Shown piece by piece: positions 51,154 to 61,335 of a stretch of DNA of 64,000 bases. The first letter of the stretch is position 1. Each line of letters starts with the position of its first letter. The notes beneath the pieces are model-generated. The model saw nothing but the letters and a program-made list of their open reading frames with translations. It made no database searches and was not told the origin of the DNA. The translations under genes and the position numbers were made by a program. Source of the DNA: Burkholderiales bacterium (GTDB lineage Bacteria > Pseudomonadota > Gammaproteobacteria > Burkholderiales > Burkholderiaceae_C); the NCBI GenBank assembly GCA_947372465.1, contig CANBTT010000011.1:182-64181 (forward strand), in the 5' to 3' direction.

Positions 51154-51430
51154 GATTTACATTTTAATGGAAGCAATTCTTGCGGGGTCTATTTTGGTCT
51201 TGATTGTATGGTGGACCATGTTTCAGGGCCGTAATAATGGAGAGAAAAAAGACAAAGATAACGAACCCCCCCCTGAACAAAAATAGAAAAATGAATGGAC
51301 CAGTTAAGTTAAGCGAGACGCCTGATTTGAAGGCGAGAAGGATGCCTAACAAGTGGTTTGCTTAAAAAAACTAAAGTCTGATAAAGTGATAGAAACGATA
51401 AGCAAAAATCTTTGAACAGGTGAAATTTAT

Positions 51431-54400
51431 TTATTGTTTAATGCCTTCAATGGGCGTCTCTATTTTAGTAACATTGGGATCGTTCCAACTGCCATTGATA
51501 TGGAAAGTGCGTGTGTTCGCTTGAATCAATGGCTGGCGAATAACGTATTGGGCCAAAAAGCTTGTAAGTCCTACCACTGGATTAATTGTGCTGTACAAAA
51601 GTGAGGCGGTTCCTGCATTAATTTCAGGAACAACTACAACGCGTAAGTCTTGAGTTTCTGCAGCTATATTTGCCGATCCCTCAAGAAAAACTGTTCCAGA
51701 AATTCCTTTCATTACCAAGTTTTTTGTAAATGCCGTGCCATCCTTGACTTCAACGTCACCTTTGAATTGATCGAAGGCAAAGCCATCGCCAAAAAGATCT
51801 CTGAAATCTAAAGTCAAGCGCCGTGGCAGTGCTTGAAGATTAAGGACGCCCAGCAATCTGGACGCACCAGGTTCAGTTTTAAGAAACTGACCTTTTTCAA
51901 TATCAATATTGAATGAGCCAGACAGTGATTCAAAATCAGGGTTGATCAAAGAACCTTTCCAGCTCAATTGGCCTTTAAGCGAACCTGCGCCATCTCGAAC
52001 AACACCTGGAGTTCCAAGTCGACTTAATAAATGACCAGAATTAAGAACATTAAGGGACATATCGATGTGCGATTGTGTGCCCTTCGTATTCAAATCAGTG
52101 GAGGGAGACCATTTAGCAGATGCTTTGAGTGTGACATCAGAATTGGAAAGTTGAACTTTGCTCAGTTGCCAGAATCGCTCACCCTTGGCGGACAAAACAT
52201 TATGAGCTTCAAACTCAACATGTCCCAGCGGATGATCTTTGATTTGCAGGTTGTCAATTGATACATCCAACCAAGGGAAGAAAGGCTCCTCGTTAGACAT
52301 CAAAGGATCATCCATCTTGCCTTTAATGGGATTGATTACGAGTTGGCTGAGTTGAGCACTAATTCGCCTAGAAGCGGGTTCTGTGTCTAAAAGCAATTTA
52401 ATATTTCCATTCACTTCTTGCGATTGAATATTTGCTTTCCAATTGTCACCGTCTCTTGTGGCCAAAGCCGTAATCATATGAAAATCGCGCCCTTGCGTGG
52501 TCAACTTATTCGTTTGAAGTTTGATGGAAGTAGGTAATGAAAATTTATTTGAATTGAAAAAATTGGAAGAAGTTTTAATGTTGGGTAGATTGGTATCAGG
52601 TAAAAAATTAAAACAGGAAACAGATTTAGTGGTGTCAAAGAAAAGAGAGTTTAACGAAAGCTGCCAATCGTCGAGTTGAATTTCAGGTAAGGCCGCATTG
52701 ATCGTCCAGCCAGAATTGTTGTTGCTGGTGGTAGATAGATTAGAAATATTTGCAGGTAAAGATTGATTAATGGTCGTGGATGCATTGGGTGAGATAAGCA
52801 TGTTTCCAGACAAGATGGATGACTTGGTTGTTGTTGAGTCTTTAAAAAATCGAAGTGCAATCTGATCCCCCAATGTGAGATTGATACGCTCAAGAAAATG
52901 ATTGTTGTTGAGTTCTTTAACAATTGAATTATCAAATACCAATGGCAAAATACCATCTGAAAACTTTTTCAAGGGTGTGGGGCCGTTAAGCGCAAGGCCT
53001 TGTAGATTAGAACTGATGTAAACCTCAGGAATTCCAGATTTTTTAATGTTGATATTGGCCATGTAATTGGTTTGACCTTTGGAAAGAACACCCAGTTTAC
53101 TGGCCAACCCAATTTCACAGCTTTGCTCCAGTCCCTCAGAGGTCACCGTTCCAGTTGACTTGATAAAAAAGGCATTGTCCTGATTGTTGGACACAGATTT
53201 AAAGCCTCCTTCGATCTTGCTTTCACCACCAAGAACATGTGCTTGAATATTTTGAAAAAACAAAGAGGACTCAGTAAATGATAATGTCCCACGAGTCTTC
53301 AGAAGTGAAGGAGAATCCGGTGAGAATAAAAGATCTGTATTCAAAAAAACAAGTGTTCCTTGAACTTTTGAGCGATCAATTTGCAGCAAAGGCAAGTTCA
53401 ACTTTAGTTTAAGTTCTGCCAATCCTCTTGATTTGGTGTTCTCCAAAGGGTAACCTAACTTTGCATTCAAAGATGAAAGGTTGAATATCGAAAGATAATT
53501 GGCCATTAAACTTTTAGACTCACCTGAAATCAAAAGCACGGGATCCATTAAGTCATTGATCTTTGCATCGATCTTGTTCCAAAGCGTGTTATTGGTATCG
53601 AACCCAATGATTGCGCTTGATCCAAGAACGACCAAGCTCCTGTTCTTTATTGAAAACTCGCCTTGCAAGTCGCTAATAGAGGGCCAATCGGTTAAGGATA
53701 AATTGCTAGATTTAAAAAAAGATTTAGGAACGTAATCAAATCCTATGCGATTCAATTTGGCTGATATGTTAAATTCACCTTCCGATGAATTTTTAAAGGG
53801 AAGAGCGTTCAGCGGACCTTTGATCCTAATTTTCCCCTTTTCAATGAGACCTTGAGTGATCGCATCTCTAAGATAACTTCTAACGTTTGAGTTGATAGAG
53901 ATAGGTAGATACTTAAACAGCGAGATGGCCTCTAAGGAATTGATTTGAGCAGTCAGATCGATAGAACCAAGATTGGATAGACTTATTTCATAAAGGTTAG
54001 GATTAAACCAAGTAAAGTCGAAAGTGGCATTGCCATTGCTATTTTGAATTGTGCCATTCGATAGATTAAAGTTAATCTCGCCTTCAGATAAAACCCAGTT
54101 AATTTGAGAAGAAAAATTTTTAATTTCAATCAAGGGCTGTTCAAGGGCACCTAAAAATTCGAAATAGCCTTCCTTGATGCCGACATTGAGTTTGCCAGAT
54201 CTCTCAGTTAAAGAAAAATCAGCTGATAAACCTTTGAAATGTGGAATGTGTCCTAAAGCATCTAAACTGTTTGTGCGAGGTACTGCAATTGGTGGGGATG
54301 AGCCTAATTTGGGTTTGGATATGCCAGTAGTCGGAAATATGGGAGGATTTAATTCGGAGGGGTTTAAATTAAGTGATGTAATAGTCCTTTCAAGGTTTGA

Positions 54401-55834
54401 CACTTGACCGGACATTTCAAAATGCTTGACTCTAGAAAAGAGACTATTTTGTAAAAAAGATAGCTCCTTGTTCAACGTTGATGCAGAGGGTGAGCTCTTA
54501 GATTTTTGTGTAAATGGGTTCAGAAGTTTCTTAGATCGTTCTAGCCAATCGGGAATTTGTGAGTTTAAAAAAAAGTTTCCCTTTTGGCTATTCAATTCAC
54601 CCCAATTGGCCTTAAATAAGTTGAACTCACCTTTGGTGTTCAGTGAAGCAATTGTGTTGGTAAAAAAATGACTTGGTAAAACTGCTTTTAAAATAGTTGA
54701 AATATGGTCAATATTAATATGATTGAGTTCAATTTCTCCTTTGCTTTCAGGGCCAAAAGGATCATTTAAATCAGACAAAGCCAATCTTAAATTTGAAAAA
54801 ACAAATGAATCCTTCGTACCAAGCAAGGAGAAACTCAATTGTTCGGAAGACCATTCTTTACCGGTTAACCAGGGCGATGTACGTATTCTTCCTTTAAGTG
54901 AGGATACGTTCAACGTGGATTGATTGGGTAAAAGTGGAGTCTTGATGTTTTCAAAATCAAAATCAAAGATGTGTTTTGAGAACTGACCATTTGAGATATC
55001 AGACCAAGTCCGAAGCCAGCCAATACCTTGTGAAACTTGAAAAGTATGATCCAGATTAAAAAAACGATTTACTTCAGCAAGGTGTAATCGATTGGTCTGA
55101 AGATAAGTTTCTCCACTCCACTGTTTCCATTGGCCAGGATGAAGTGTTATGAGTGGTTGGTAAAATTGAGCACGCCAGCTAAATCTATTTGAAAATTCAA
55201 TAGGAGGTGAAGCATCAAGACTAAATTGATGATTACGAATGCCATTTTTAATAAGTAAGTCTATATCGGAAATATCTAAAACAGCATCAGAATGATTTTC
55301 ATCAATCCAATGGACAAGGCCTCTTTTAAAAATAACCTCATGAATAGAAAAAAATCTATCGAGTAAATTTAAATTCTGACTATCGACCAGTGGAACACCA
55401 GCAACTTCAAAATTACCATTTTTGAGTTTTTTAATGGTTAATTGACAATCGTCAATGTATAAATTATCTAAAGTGAATCTAAGAATGGAAGTTGTAGACA
55501 GTGACCCCACTGCCCGTTTAATATACAACAAACGTTGACCATCAGAATTAATACTAGAGATATCCGAGATCTCAATAATTGGAAATAAGCTACTTGAAAT
55601 CGATTTGATTTCGCCAATTTTAATTTGAGTACCTGAAAATGCAGAAAAAGAAGTTTCTATTTTTTCTCTAAACGAATCAATATGGGGTATAAAGAAAAAA
55701 TGAAGTGCAAGGCCTAAACCAAGGATGGTCGTCCATAAGGCTATAAAAAGCCAAAAGAAAAAGCTTGAAACAATCCAAAGAATTTTTAAAATCCGTTGGT
55801 TTTGAATTGTTTTAAAACTAAAAAAATTGAGCAT
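51431..55834 (-). CDS. YhdP-family (AsmA-like, DUF3971-containing) large envelope protein
   Basis: 1467 aa: an N-terminal TM anchor, a very long beta-rich body, and a conserved C-terminal segment (...VVVPEINAGTASLLY...INGSWNDPNV). It is divergent from glnE, the usual betaproteobacterial neighbour by recollection. The start is 55834 or 55870. Confidence 0.8.
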   Translation of the reverse strand: MLNFFSFKTIQNQRILKILWIVSSFFFWLFIALWTTILGLGLALHFFFIPHIDSFREKIETSFSAFSGTQIKIGEIKSISSSLFPIIEISDISSINSDGQRLLYIKRAVGSLSTTSILRFTLDNLYIDDCQLTIKKLKNGNFEVAGVPLVDSQNLNLLDRFFSIHEVIFKRGLVHWIDENHSDAVLDISDIDLLIKNGIRNHQFSLDASPPIEFSNRFSWRAQFYQPLITLHPGQWKQWSGETYLQTNRLHLAEVNRFFNLDHTFQVSQGIGWLRTWSDISNGQFSKHIFDFDFENIKTPLLPNQSTLNVSSLKGRIRTSPWLTGKEWSSEQLSFSLLGTKDSFVFSNLRLALSDLNDPFGPESKGEIELNHINIDHISTILKAVLPSHFFTNTIASLNTKGEFNLFKANWGELNSQKGNFFLNSQIPDWLERSKKLLNPFTQKSKSSPSASTLNKELSFLQNSLFSRVKHFEMSGQVSNLERTITSLNLNPSELNPPIFPTTGISKPKLGSSPPIAVPRTNSLDALGHIPHFKGLSADFSLTERSGKLNVGIKEGYFEFLGALEQPLIEIKNFSSQINWVLSEGEINFNLSNGTIQNSNGNATFDFTWFNPNLYEISLSNLGSIDLTAQINSLEAISLFKYLPISINSNVRSYLRDAITQGLIEKGKIRIKGPLNALPFKNSSEGEFNISAKLNRIGFDYVPKSFFKSSNLSLTDWPSISDLQGEFSIKNRSLVVLGSSAIIGFDTNNTLWNKIDAKINDLMDPVLLISGESKSLMANYLSIFNLSSLNAKLGYPLENTKSRGLAELKLKLNLPLLQIDRSKVQGTLVFLNTDLLFSPDSPSLLKTRGTLSFTESSLFFQNIQAHVLGGESKIEGGFKSVSNNQDNAFFIKSTGTVTSEGLEQSCEIGLASKLGVLSKGQTNYMANINIKKSGIPEVYISSNLQGLALNGPTPLKKFSDGILPLVFDNSIVKELNNNHFLERINLTLGDQIALRFFKDSTTTKSSILSGNMLISPNASTTINQSLPANISNLSTTSNNNSGWTINAALPEIQLDDWQLSLNSLFFDTTKSVSCFNFLPDTNLPNIKTSSNFFNSNKFSLPTSIKLQTNKLTTQGRDFHMITALATRDGDNWKANIQSQEVNGNIKLLLDTEPASRRISAQLSQLVINPIKGKMDDPLMSNEEPFFPWLDVSIDNLQIKDHPLGHVEFEAHNVLSAKGERFWQLSKVQLSNSDVTLKASAKWSPSTDLNTKGTQSHIDMSLNVLNSGHLLSRLGTPGVVRDGAGSLKGQLSWKGSLINPDFESLSGSFNIDIEKGQFLKTEPGASRLLGVLNLQALPRRLTLDFRDLFGDGFAFDQFKGDVEVKDGTAFTKNLVMKGISGTVFLEGSANIAAETQDLRVVVVPEINAGTASLLYSTINPVVGLTSFLAQYVIRQPLIQANTRTFHINGSWNDPNVTKIETPIEGIKQ

Positions 55835-55842
55835 TGGAATAA

Positions 55843-58734
55843 ATGCAGGGAAAAGTAGAGTTGAACACAATTATTACAGGGTTCGGTGGAAATTTATTGC
55901 CATATTCAAATTCTATAGAAAAGAATGGCAATTTGTCCCTTGGTTCAAGATTTTCAAACAGAGTAACTCGAAGGTATGAAGCTGAAATCAAGTTATTCAA
56001 TGAAGAAAATATTGATTTGTTTGAATTTGATGGCGTTATAAATAAACTGCTGAAAAAACATCCAATTGATGAAGCGCTCAGAATATTAAGGCAATTGGTA
56101 CTTAACGAGATTTTAAAAAAGGATTGTGAGTTTGACTTGACACTAGAGGAGGTCATGTCACATATATCGAGATTGGCAGAATATAGCTTACTTAGGGCCA
56201 GCCAAGAAGTAAAAAATACGTTAGAAAATCTATACGGTTATCCAAGCAAGGAGAACGGTCAACGTTGCAATATAGCTATTATGGCAATGGGAAAATTAGG
56301 TGCTAAAGAGCTAAATGTTTCAAGTGATGTGGATTTGGTTTATGTCTACGAAAATGATGGAATGACTACTGTCAGAGACAGTGCAAAGCAAAAATGTATA
56401 AGTAATCAAGAGTACTTTTTAAAATGGGCAATGGGAATGCACAGGTTAATTGGTGAGGTTACAGAACATGGATTCGTATTCCGAATAGATTTGGCTTTAA
56501 GACCTTATGGAAATTCGAGTGCAAGTGCATTGCCACTCCAAGCTTTAAAAGAGTATTTTGAAAGGACAGCAAGGTCTTGGGAAAGATTTGCTTGGTTAAA
56601 GGCCAGAATGTTAGGAGCAGATAACATTGAATGCTTAGAACTTAAAAAGAATATTTACGAAATTATTCATCCTTTTGTTTATCGGCCCTATGTTGACTTT
56701 AAATTGATGGAGTCTTTGCGTGAAATACATAAAAAAATACAGCTTCAAGCTGAAAAGAAAACAAGCCTTAAAGATGTAAAGCTGGGCAGAGGAGGCATAA
56801 GAGAAATTGAATTTGGGGTCCAACTCTATCAAATTATGTATGGTGGTTCACGCCCAGAATTAAGAACAAAATCGACATTCAAGGCGTTGATGTATTTAAA
56901 AAAATACAAACTATTGACCGATCCCCAATCTGAGATGTGGGAGAAATCCTATCGTTACTTGCGGACTATAGAGCATAGGATTCAATATTTAGATGATCAG
57001 CAAACGCATACTTGGCCCAAAGAGGTGAAGGACCAGATGTGGATTTGTTTAACAATGGGATTTAAAACAATTGAGGATTTATCAGACTTATTGTTTGAAA
57101 TATGTAATTATGTTCAATCGGAATTTGACCAGTTATTGAACACAGCCTCGAAAAATAATCTTGAAGTAAAAAACAAGGAGATCGAAAACGAAAGCGCATC
57201 AGACCAACCATCGTATTCGTTAGAGTTGAACCTTGTTGTCAATAAATTAATTCAAGAAATCTTAACCAGCAAGGGCAATGAAAAAAATCAAAATAAATCA
57301 GAAGAAATTAGCAATGATCTTGCGCTGTATAGCCAAAAGTGGAGCAAACTTGTAGACGCAAAATCAATCGATTCCTTGTCTTTTGCTGAAAAAGGAAAAA
57401 CAAAGATCAAATGGATTGTTGCGCTATTGAATCAATGTATAGTTGCTCTAAGGAATAATAATATTAGTCCATTGGAAGTCAAGTACTGGTTGGACTGGTT
57501 AGATACTATTTTTAAAAGAGACAATTATCTTGTCTTGCAATTTGAGCATCCAAAAGTTCAAATCGATATCATGCATCTGATGGGCGCATCTTCATGGTGC
57601 AGAAGGTATTTAAAATATTATCCAAGTGTAATTGAGCAGTTGGTTGGTGCAACTGGGATTAAAAGTCGTTTAGATAGTTCAGAATTCGTTTCGCTTTTAA
57701 ACGAAAGAAAAAAGACGATCATTAAAAACTCAGGGAGTATAGAAGACGAAGAGTTATTGACACTTTTGAGAAGAGAGCATCATTCTTCCTTGTTTAAAAT
57801 ACTATCTGCTGATTTGAACAAAGAATTAACACTTGAAGAGGTGTCTGATGAATTATCAGAGTTGGCAATTGGAGTGCTGAAGCTGTGTGTAGATTGGATC
57901 TGGGAGGGAATGAATCCAGCAAACAAAGAAGGAGCACTTCATTGTCCTCCCCCTTTGGCTGTAATAGGCTATGGAAAATTAGGGAGCAAAGAGCTTGGAT
58001 ATGGCAGTGACTTGGACTTGGTTCTTTTGTATGACGAAAAAGACCTTGTTTCATCGCAGCAAATAGCAACACTTGCTAGGCGGTTGATCTCTTGGATGAC
58101 GTTAAAAACTGCAGATGGAAATTTGTATGAAATTGACAATGCATTAAGACCCAATGGAAGTTCTGGACTTTTGGTAAGTTCATTTGAGGCATTTGAAAAA
58201 TATCAGAAACAATTAGATCTCAATAGTGCATGGACATGGGAGCATCAAGCTTTAACGCGGGCTAGATTTTGTCTTGGAACTGACTCTTTGAAGCAAAGAT
58301 TTGATAAACTTCGCATAGAGGTTCTATCATCAACTAGAGATGAGTCCCAGTTGATCCTTGATGTATTTGAAATGCGAAAAAAATTGTGGTCAGCTCAAAA
58401 GATTAAAAAGGGAAAGTTCAACGGTAAATTCAGTCCGGGTGGAATGGTGGATGTTGAATTTGTTGTTCAGTACTTGATATTGAGTCACTCAAAAACGCAT
58501 TCGGAACTGACGGAAAATGTTGGTAATATAGGATTGCTTCGTTTGGCCGAAGAGAAGGAATTGATACCAAAAGGAATAGGTTTAAATGCGGGAAATGCTT
58601 ACCGCCATCTGCGAAATTTGCAGCACTCAGCAAGCTTGCAGGAAAATAATTTTGAACTTAATGAGCATGAAATAACAAAGGAAATTGAGTCAATTAAAGT
58701 GCTTTGGTTGAATTTCTTTGATCCATATTGGTAG
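55843..58734 (+). CDS. glnE: bifunctional glutamine synthetase adenylyltransferase/adenylyl-removing enzyme GlnE
   Basis: Two nucleotidyltransferase modules (GKLGAKELNVSSDVDLVYVY and GKLGSKELGYGSDLDLVLLY), each followed by a GlnE-C helical domain. The start codon is uncertain. Confidence 0.9.
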   Translation: MQGKVELNTIITGFGGNLLPYSNSIEKNGNLSLGSRFSNRVTRRYEAEIKLFNEENIDLFEFDGVINKLLKKHPIDEALRILRQLVLNEILKKDCEFDLTLEEVMSHISRLAEYSLLRASQEVKNTLENLYGYPSKENGQRCNIAIMAMGKLGAKELNVSSDVDLVYVYENDGMTTVRDSAKQKCISNQEYFLKWAMGMHRLIGEVTEHGFVFRIDLALRPYGNSSASALPLQALKEYFERTARSWERFAWLKARMLGADNIECLELKKNIYEIIHPFVYRPYVDFKLMESLREIHKKIQLQAEKKTSLKDVKLGRGGIREIEFGVQLYQIMYGGSRPELRTKSTFKALMYLKKYKLLTDPQSEMWEKSYRYLRTIEHRIQYLDDQQTHTWPKEVKDQMWICLTMGFKTIEDLSDLLFEICNYVQSEFDQLLNTASKNNLEVKNKEIENESASDQPSYSLELNLVVNKLIQEILTSKGNEKNQNKSEEISNDLALYSQKWSKLVDAKSIDSLSFAEKGKTKIKWIVALLNQCIVALRNNNISPLEVKYWLDWLDTIFKRDNYLVLQFEHPKVQIDIMHLMGASSWCRRYLKYYPSVIEQLVGATGIKSRLDSSEFVSLLNERKKTIIKNSGSIEDEELLTLLRREHHSSLFKILSADLNKELTLEEVSDELSELAIGVLKLCVDWIWEGMNPANKEGALHCPPPLAVIGYGKLGSKELGYGSDLDLVLLYDEKDLVSSQQIATLARRLISWMTLKTADGNLYEIDNALRPNGSSGLLVSSFEAFEKYQKQLDLNSAWTWEHQALTRARFCLGTDSLKQRFDKLRIEVLSSTRDESQLILDVFEMRKKLWSAQKIKKGKFNGKFSPGGMVDVEFVVQYLILSHSKTHSELTENVGNIGLLRLAEEKELIPKGIGLNAGNAYRHLRNLQHSASLQENNFELNEHEITKEIESIKVLWLNFFDPYW

Positions 58735-58750
58735 GTTAAAACATAATTTT

Positions 58751-59242
58751 TTAACTCCCATTTAAAATCTTCTGTACAAGTGCTGTTGTTGAGTAACCCG
58801 TAACAAAATTAATGGACTTTGCTTGGCCTCCATAGGATTCAACAATTTTTGTTTCTTCCAAGATGCTCATGTCGTAGTCACCACCTTTAACAAGTAAGTC
58901 AGGTCGAATCAATTTAATAATTTCTAGTGGTGTATTTTCATCAAACCATGTCACGTAGGACACGCTCTCAAGAGCTGCTATTACGTACATTCTGTCCGCG
59001 AGAGTATTGAGCGGTCGATCTTTACCTTTGCCAAGTAAACGTGCAGAATGATCTGTATTCAGTGCAACAATGAGAGAGAAACCTTGCTGAGCAGCTGAAT
59101 CGAGGTATGTCACGTGTCCGCGGTGGAGAACATCAAAAACACCATTTGTAAATACAATAGAACCTTTGGATTTGATGTCGGCCAAACGGTCATTGATCTG
59201 ATTCGGGCTCATGATTTTGTCAGCGAAGATAGGACTATTCAT
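58751..59242 (-). CDS. hldC: D-glycero-beta-D-manno-heptose 1-phosphate adenylyltransferase (stand-alone RfaE domain II / HldC)
   Basis: 163 aa with the cytidylyltransferase HxGH motif (TNGVFDVLHRGHVTYL) and LVKGGDY. Confidence 0.88.
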   Translation of the reverse strand: MNSPIFADKIMSPNQINDRLADIKSKGSIVFTNGVFDVLHRGHVTYLDSAAQQGFSLIVALNTDHSARLLGKGKDRPLNTLADRMYVIAALESVSYVTWFDENTPLEIIKLIRPDLLVKGGDYDMSILEETKIVESYGGQAKSINFVTGYSTTALVQKILNGS

Positions 59243-59371
59243 AAGTAATATGTATTAATATGTAGTGAATGCAAATAAAGGGGTATTTTAATCGCAATAG
59301 GTCTGCTGCAAATGCGGGTCATTTATACTGATTTGAATCAGGACTTATTATAAATTGGACTTTAAATTACT

Positions 59372-59998
59372 ATGCTGGAACTTAAACCTCTTAAATTTTT
59401 AAATACAAGCAATTTGATTATTTTGATCACGACTTGCTCAATGTTTATGTGGAAAAACGTAGAAGCACAAGAGAAAAATCATGGCCAACAAGTCAGTCCA
59501 GTCTGCTCGTCAATTTTGAATCAAACTGTAAATCGATTGCAGGACGAAAAAGAACAAAATCTTTGTCAATACAGTGGAAAGGTCGTTTTGATTGTAAATA
59601 CTGCAAGCTACTGTGGATTTACTCCGCAGTACAAAGGTTTAGAAGCCTTGTATGACAAATATAAAACTGAAGGTCTTGTTGTTTTGGGATTTCCCTCAAA
59701 TGATTTTTCTCAAGAGCCGGACAATAACCAACAAATCGCTGACTTTTGCGAGAATACGTTTGGTGTTAAATTTCCGATGTTCACTAAAACTTCGGTTAAG
59801 GGTGAAAACGCTTCAAAACTATTTAAAGAATTGGCAAGATCAACACACACTGTACCAAAGTGGAACTTTTACAAATATTTAATTTCAAGAGATGGTCAAA
59901 AAATTAAAAGTTTTAGCAGTATGACTGGACCTCAAGATAAAGGATTCATTCAAGATATAGAAAGATTTTTGAGCGAAAAAACAGAAGTTAAAAAATGA
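59372..59998 (+). CDS. glutathione peroxidase (Cys-type), with N-terminal signal/anchor
   Basis: NTASYCGFTPQY (catalytic Cys), LGFPSNDF and WNFYKYLI motifs. Confidence 0.9.
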   Translation: MLELKPLKFLNTSNLIILITTCSMFMWKNVEAQEKNHGQQVSPVCSSILNQTVNRLQDEKEQNLCQYSGKVVLIVNTASYCGFTPQYKGLEALYDKYKTEGLVVLGFPSNDFSQEPDNNQQIADFCENTFGVKFPMFTKTSVKGENASKLFKELARSTHTVPKWNFYKYLISRDGQKIKSFSSMTGPQDKGFIQDIERFLSEKTEVKK

Positions 59999-61335
59999 GC
60001 AACAAAAAAAAAGTAGCCATAGTTGGCTCGGGAATTTCAGGCTTATCTGCAGCTTATTTTCTTAACGAAAAAGTTGACGTAACGTTATTTGAAAAAAATG
60101 ACTATTTTGGCGGCCATGCAAACACAGTAGATGTTGAGCTCTTGGGACAAAACAATGAATTGGTTAAATTCGGTGTTGATACTGGTTTTTTAGTTTTTAA
60201 TGAAAGGACCTATCCTGGGATCATAAAAACATTTAAAGATTTATGTGTGAAAACATCGCCATCTGATATGTCATTTTCTGTCCAAGCAGATGTACCTTGG
60301 TTAAATGAAACACTCGAATGGGGTGGTTCAAATTTGAACTCGGTATTTGCACAAAGAAAAAATATATTGAGTATTAACTTTTGGAGAATGTTAAAAGAAA
60401 TAATTCGCTTCAATAAAATAACTACACAGTATGCTTTGGCTTCAATGAATTCAGATGTTCACAGTGATGAAGATCTAAGCCTAAATGAATACTTAAAAAA
60501 GTATAAGTTTGGAGAGGTATTTCAACATGGTTATTTGTTGCCAATGTTGGGGTGTATTTGGAGTTGTGAGCCGCAAACCATGTTGGACTATCCAGCAATA
60601 AGTCTAGCCAGATTTTGCAATAACCATGGATTGTTACAAGTGACAAATAGACCACAATGGTTTACTGTCAGCGGTGGTTCAAGAAATTACGTCAAAAAAA
60701 TAGCCGACCGAATTTCTGATAAAAGATTAAATTGTGAAGTTATGAAAATTGAGCGGCTTCATCTTAATTCCGGTTTAAAAATTATTGTTCACACCAAGCA
60801 AACGACTGAAGAATTTGATGCCATAGTAATGGCAACTCATGCGCCTGAGGCCTTGACAATATTAGATGCACCAAGTCCAGAGGAAAAAAATATATTGAGT
60901 TTAATAAAAACTCAAGAAAATATTGCGGTACTCCATTGTGATGAATCTATCATGCCTTCTAAAAAAATTGCTTGGGCTGCATGGAATTTCGAAAATATAA
61001 AATCTACTGGAAAATTAAATAGCAATGGAGTATGTCTACATTATTGGATCAACAAGCTTCAGCCCTTGCCTTTTAAGGAAAATATTTTTGTAACACTTAA
61101 TCCTCAACGTGCTATAAATGAAAACAAGATATTGAAAACGATTCAGTATTCCCATCCAATTTTAGATAATTTGGCCGTGAATGCTCAAGAAGCGCTACGC
61201 CACGAAAATGGAAATAATCGAACTTGGTTTGCTGGTGCTTGGATGGGCAACGGTTTTCATGAAGATGGGTTACAAGCTGGAAAGTTTTCGGCACAAGAAA
61301 TTCTAAAAGAGTTGCAAATTGAGGCTTTCAATTGA
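59995..61335 (+). CDS. NAD/FAD-binding amine-oxidase-like oxidoreductase (UfaD-like, lipid-modification cluster)
   Basis: Dinucleotide-binding motif VAIVGSGISGLSAAY, GGHANTV and a C-terminal GAWMGNGFHEDG. Its stop overlaps the start of the DUF1365 gene (ATGA). Confidence 0.8.
   Translation: MSNKKKVAIVGSGISGLSAAYFLNEKVDVTLFEKNDYFGGHANTVDVELLGQNNELVKFGVDTGFLVFNERTYPGIIKTFKDLCVKTSPSDMSFSVQADVPWLNETLEWGGSNLNSVFAQRKNILSINFWRMLKEIIRFNKITTQYALASMNSDVHSDEDLSLNEYLKKYKFGEVFQHGYLLPMLGCIWSCEPQTMLDYPAISLARFCNNHGLLQVTNRPQWFTVSGGSRNYVKKIADRISDKRLNCEVMKIERLHLNSGLKIIVHTKQTTEEFDAIVMATHAPEALTILDAPSPEEKNILSLIKTQENIAVLHCDESIMPSKKIAWAAWNFENIKSTGKLNSNGVCLHYWINKLQPLPFKENIFVTLNPQRAINENKILKTIQYSHPILDNLAVNAQEALRHENGNNRTWFAGAWMGNGFHEDGLQAGKFSAQEILKELQIEAFN

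Noticed and set aside
59241-59275. The AT-rich stretch upstream of gpx could be a Fur or PerR box.
   Set aside because: I could not align it to GATAATGATAATCATTATC or to NATWAT hexamer arrays with an acceptable number of mismatches. It is reported only as an unexplained tandem repeat.
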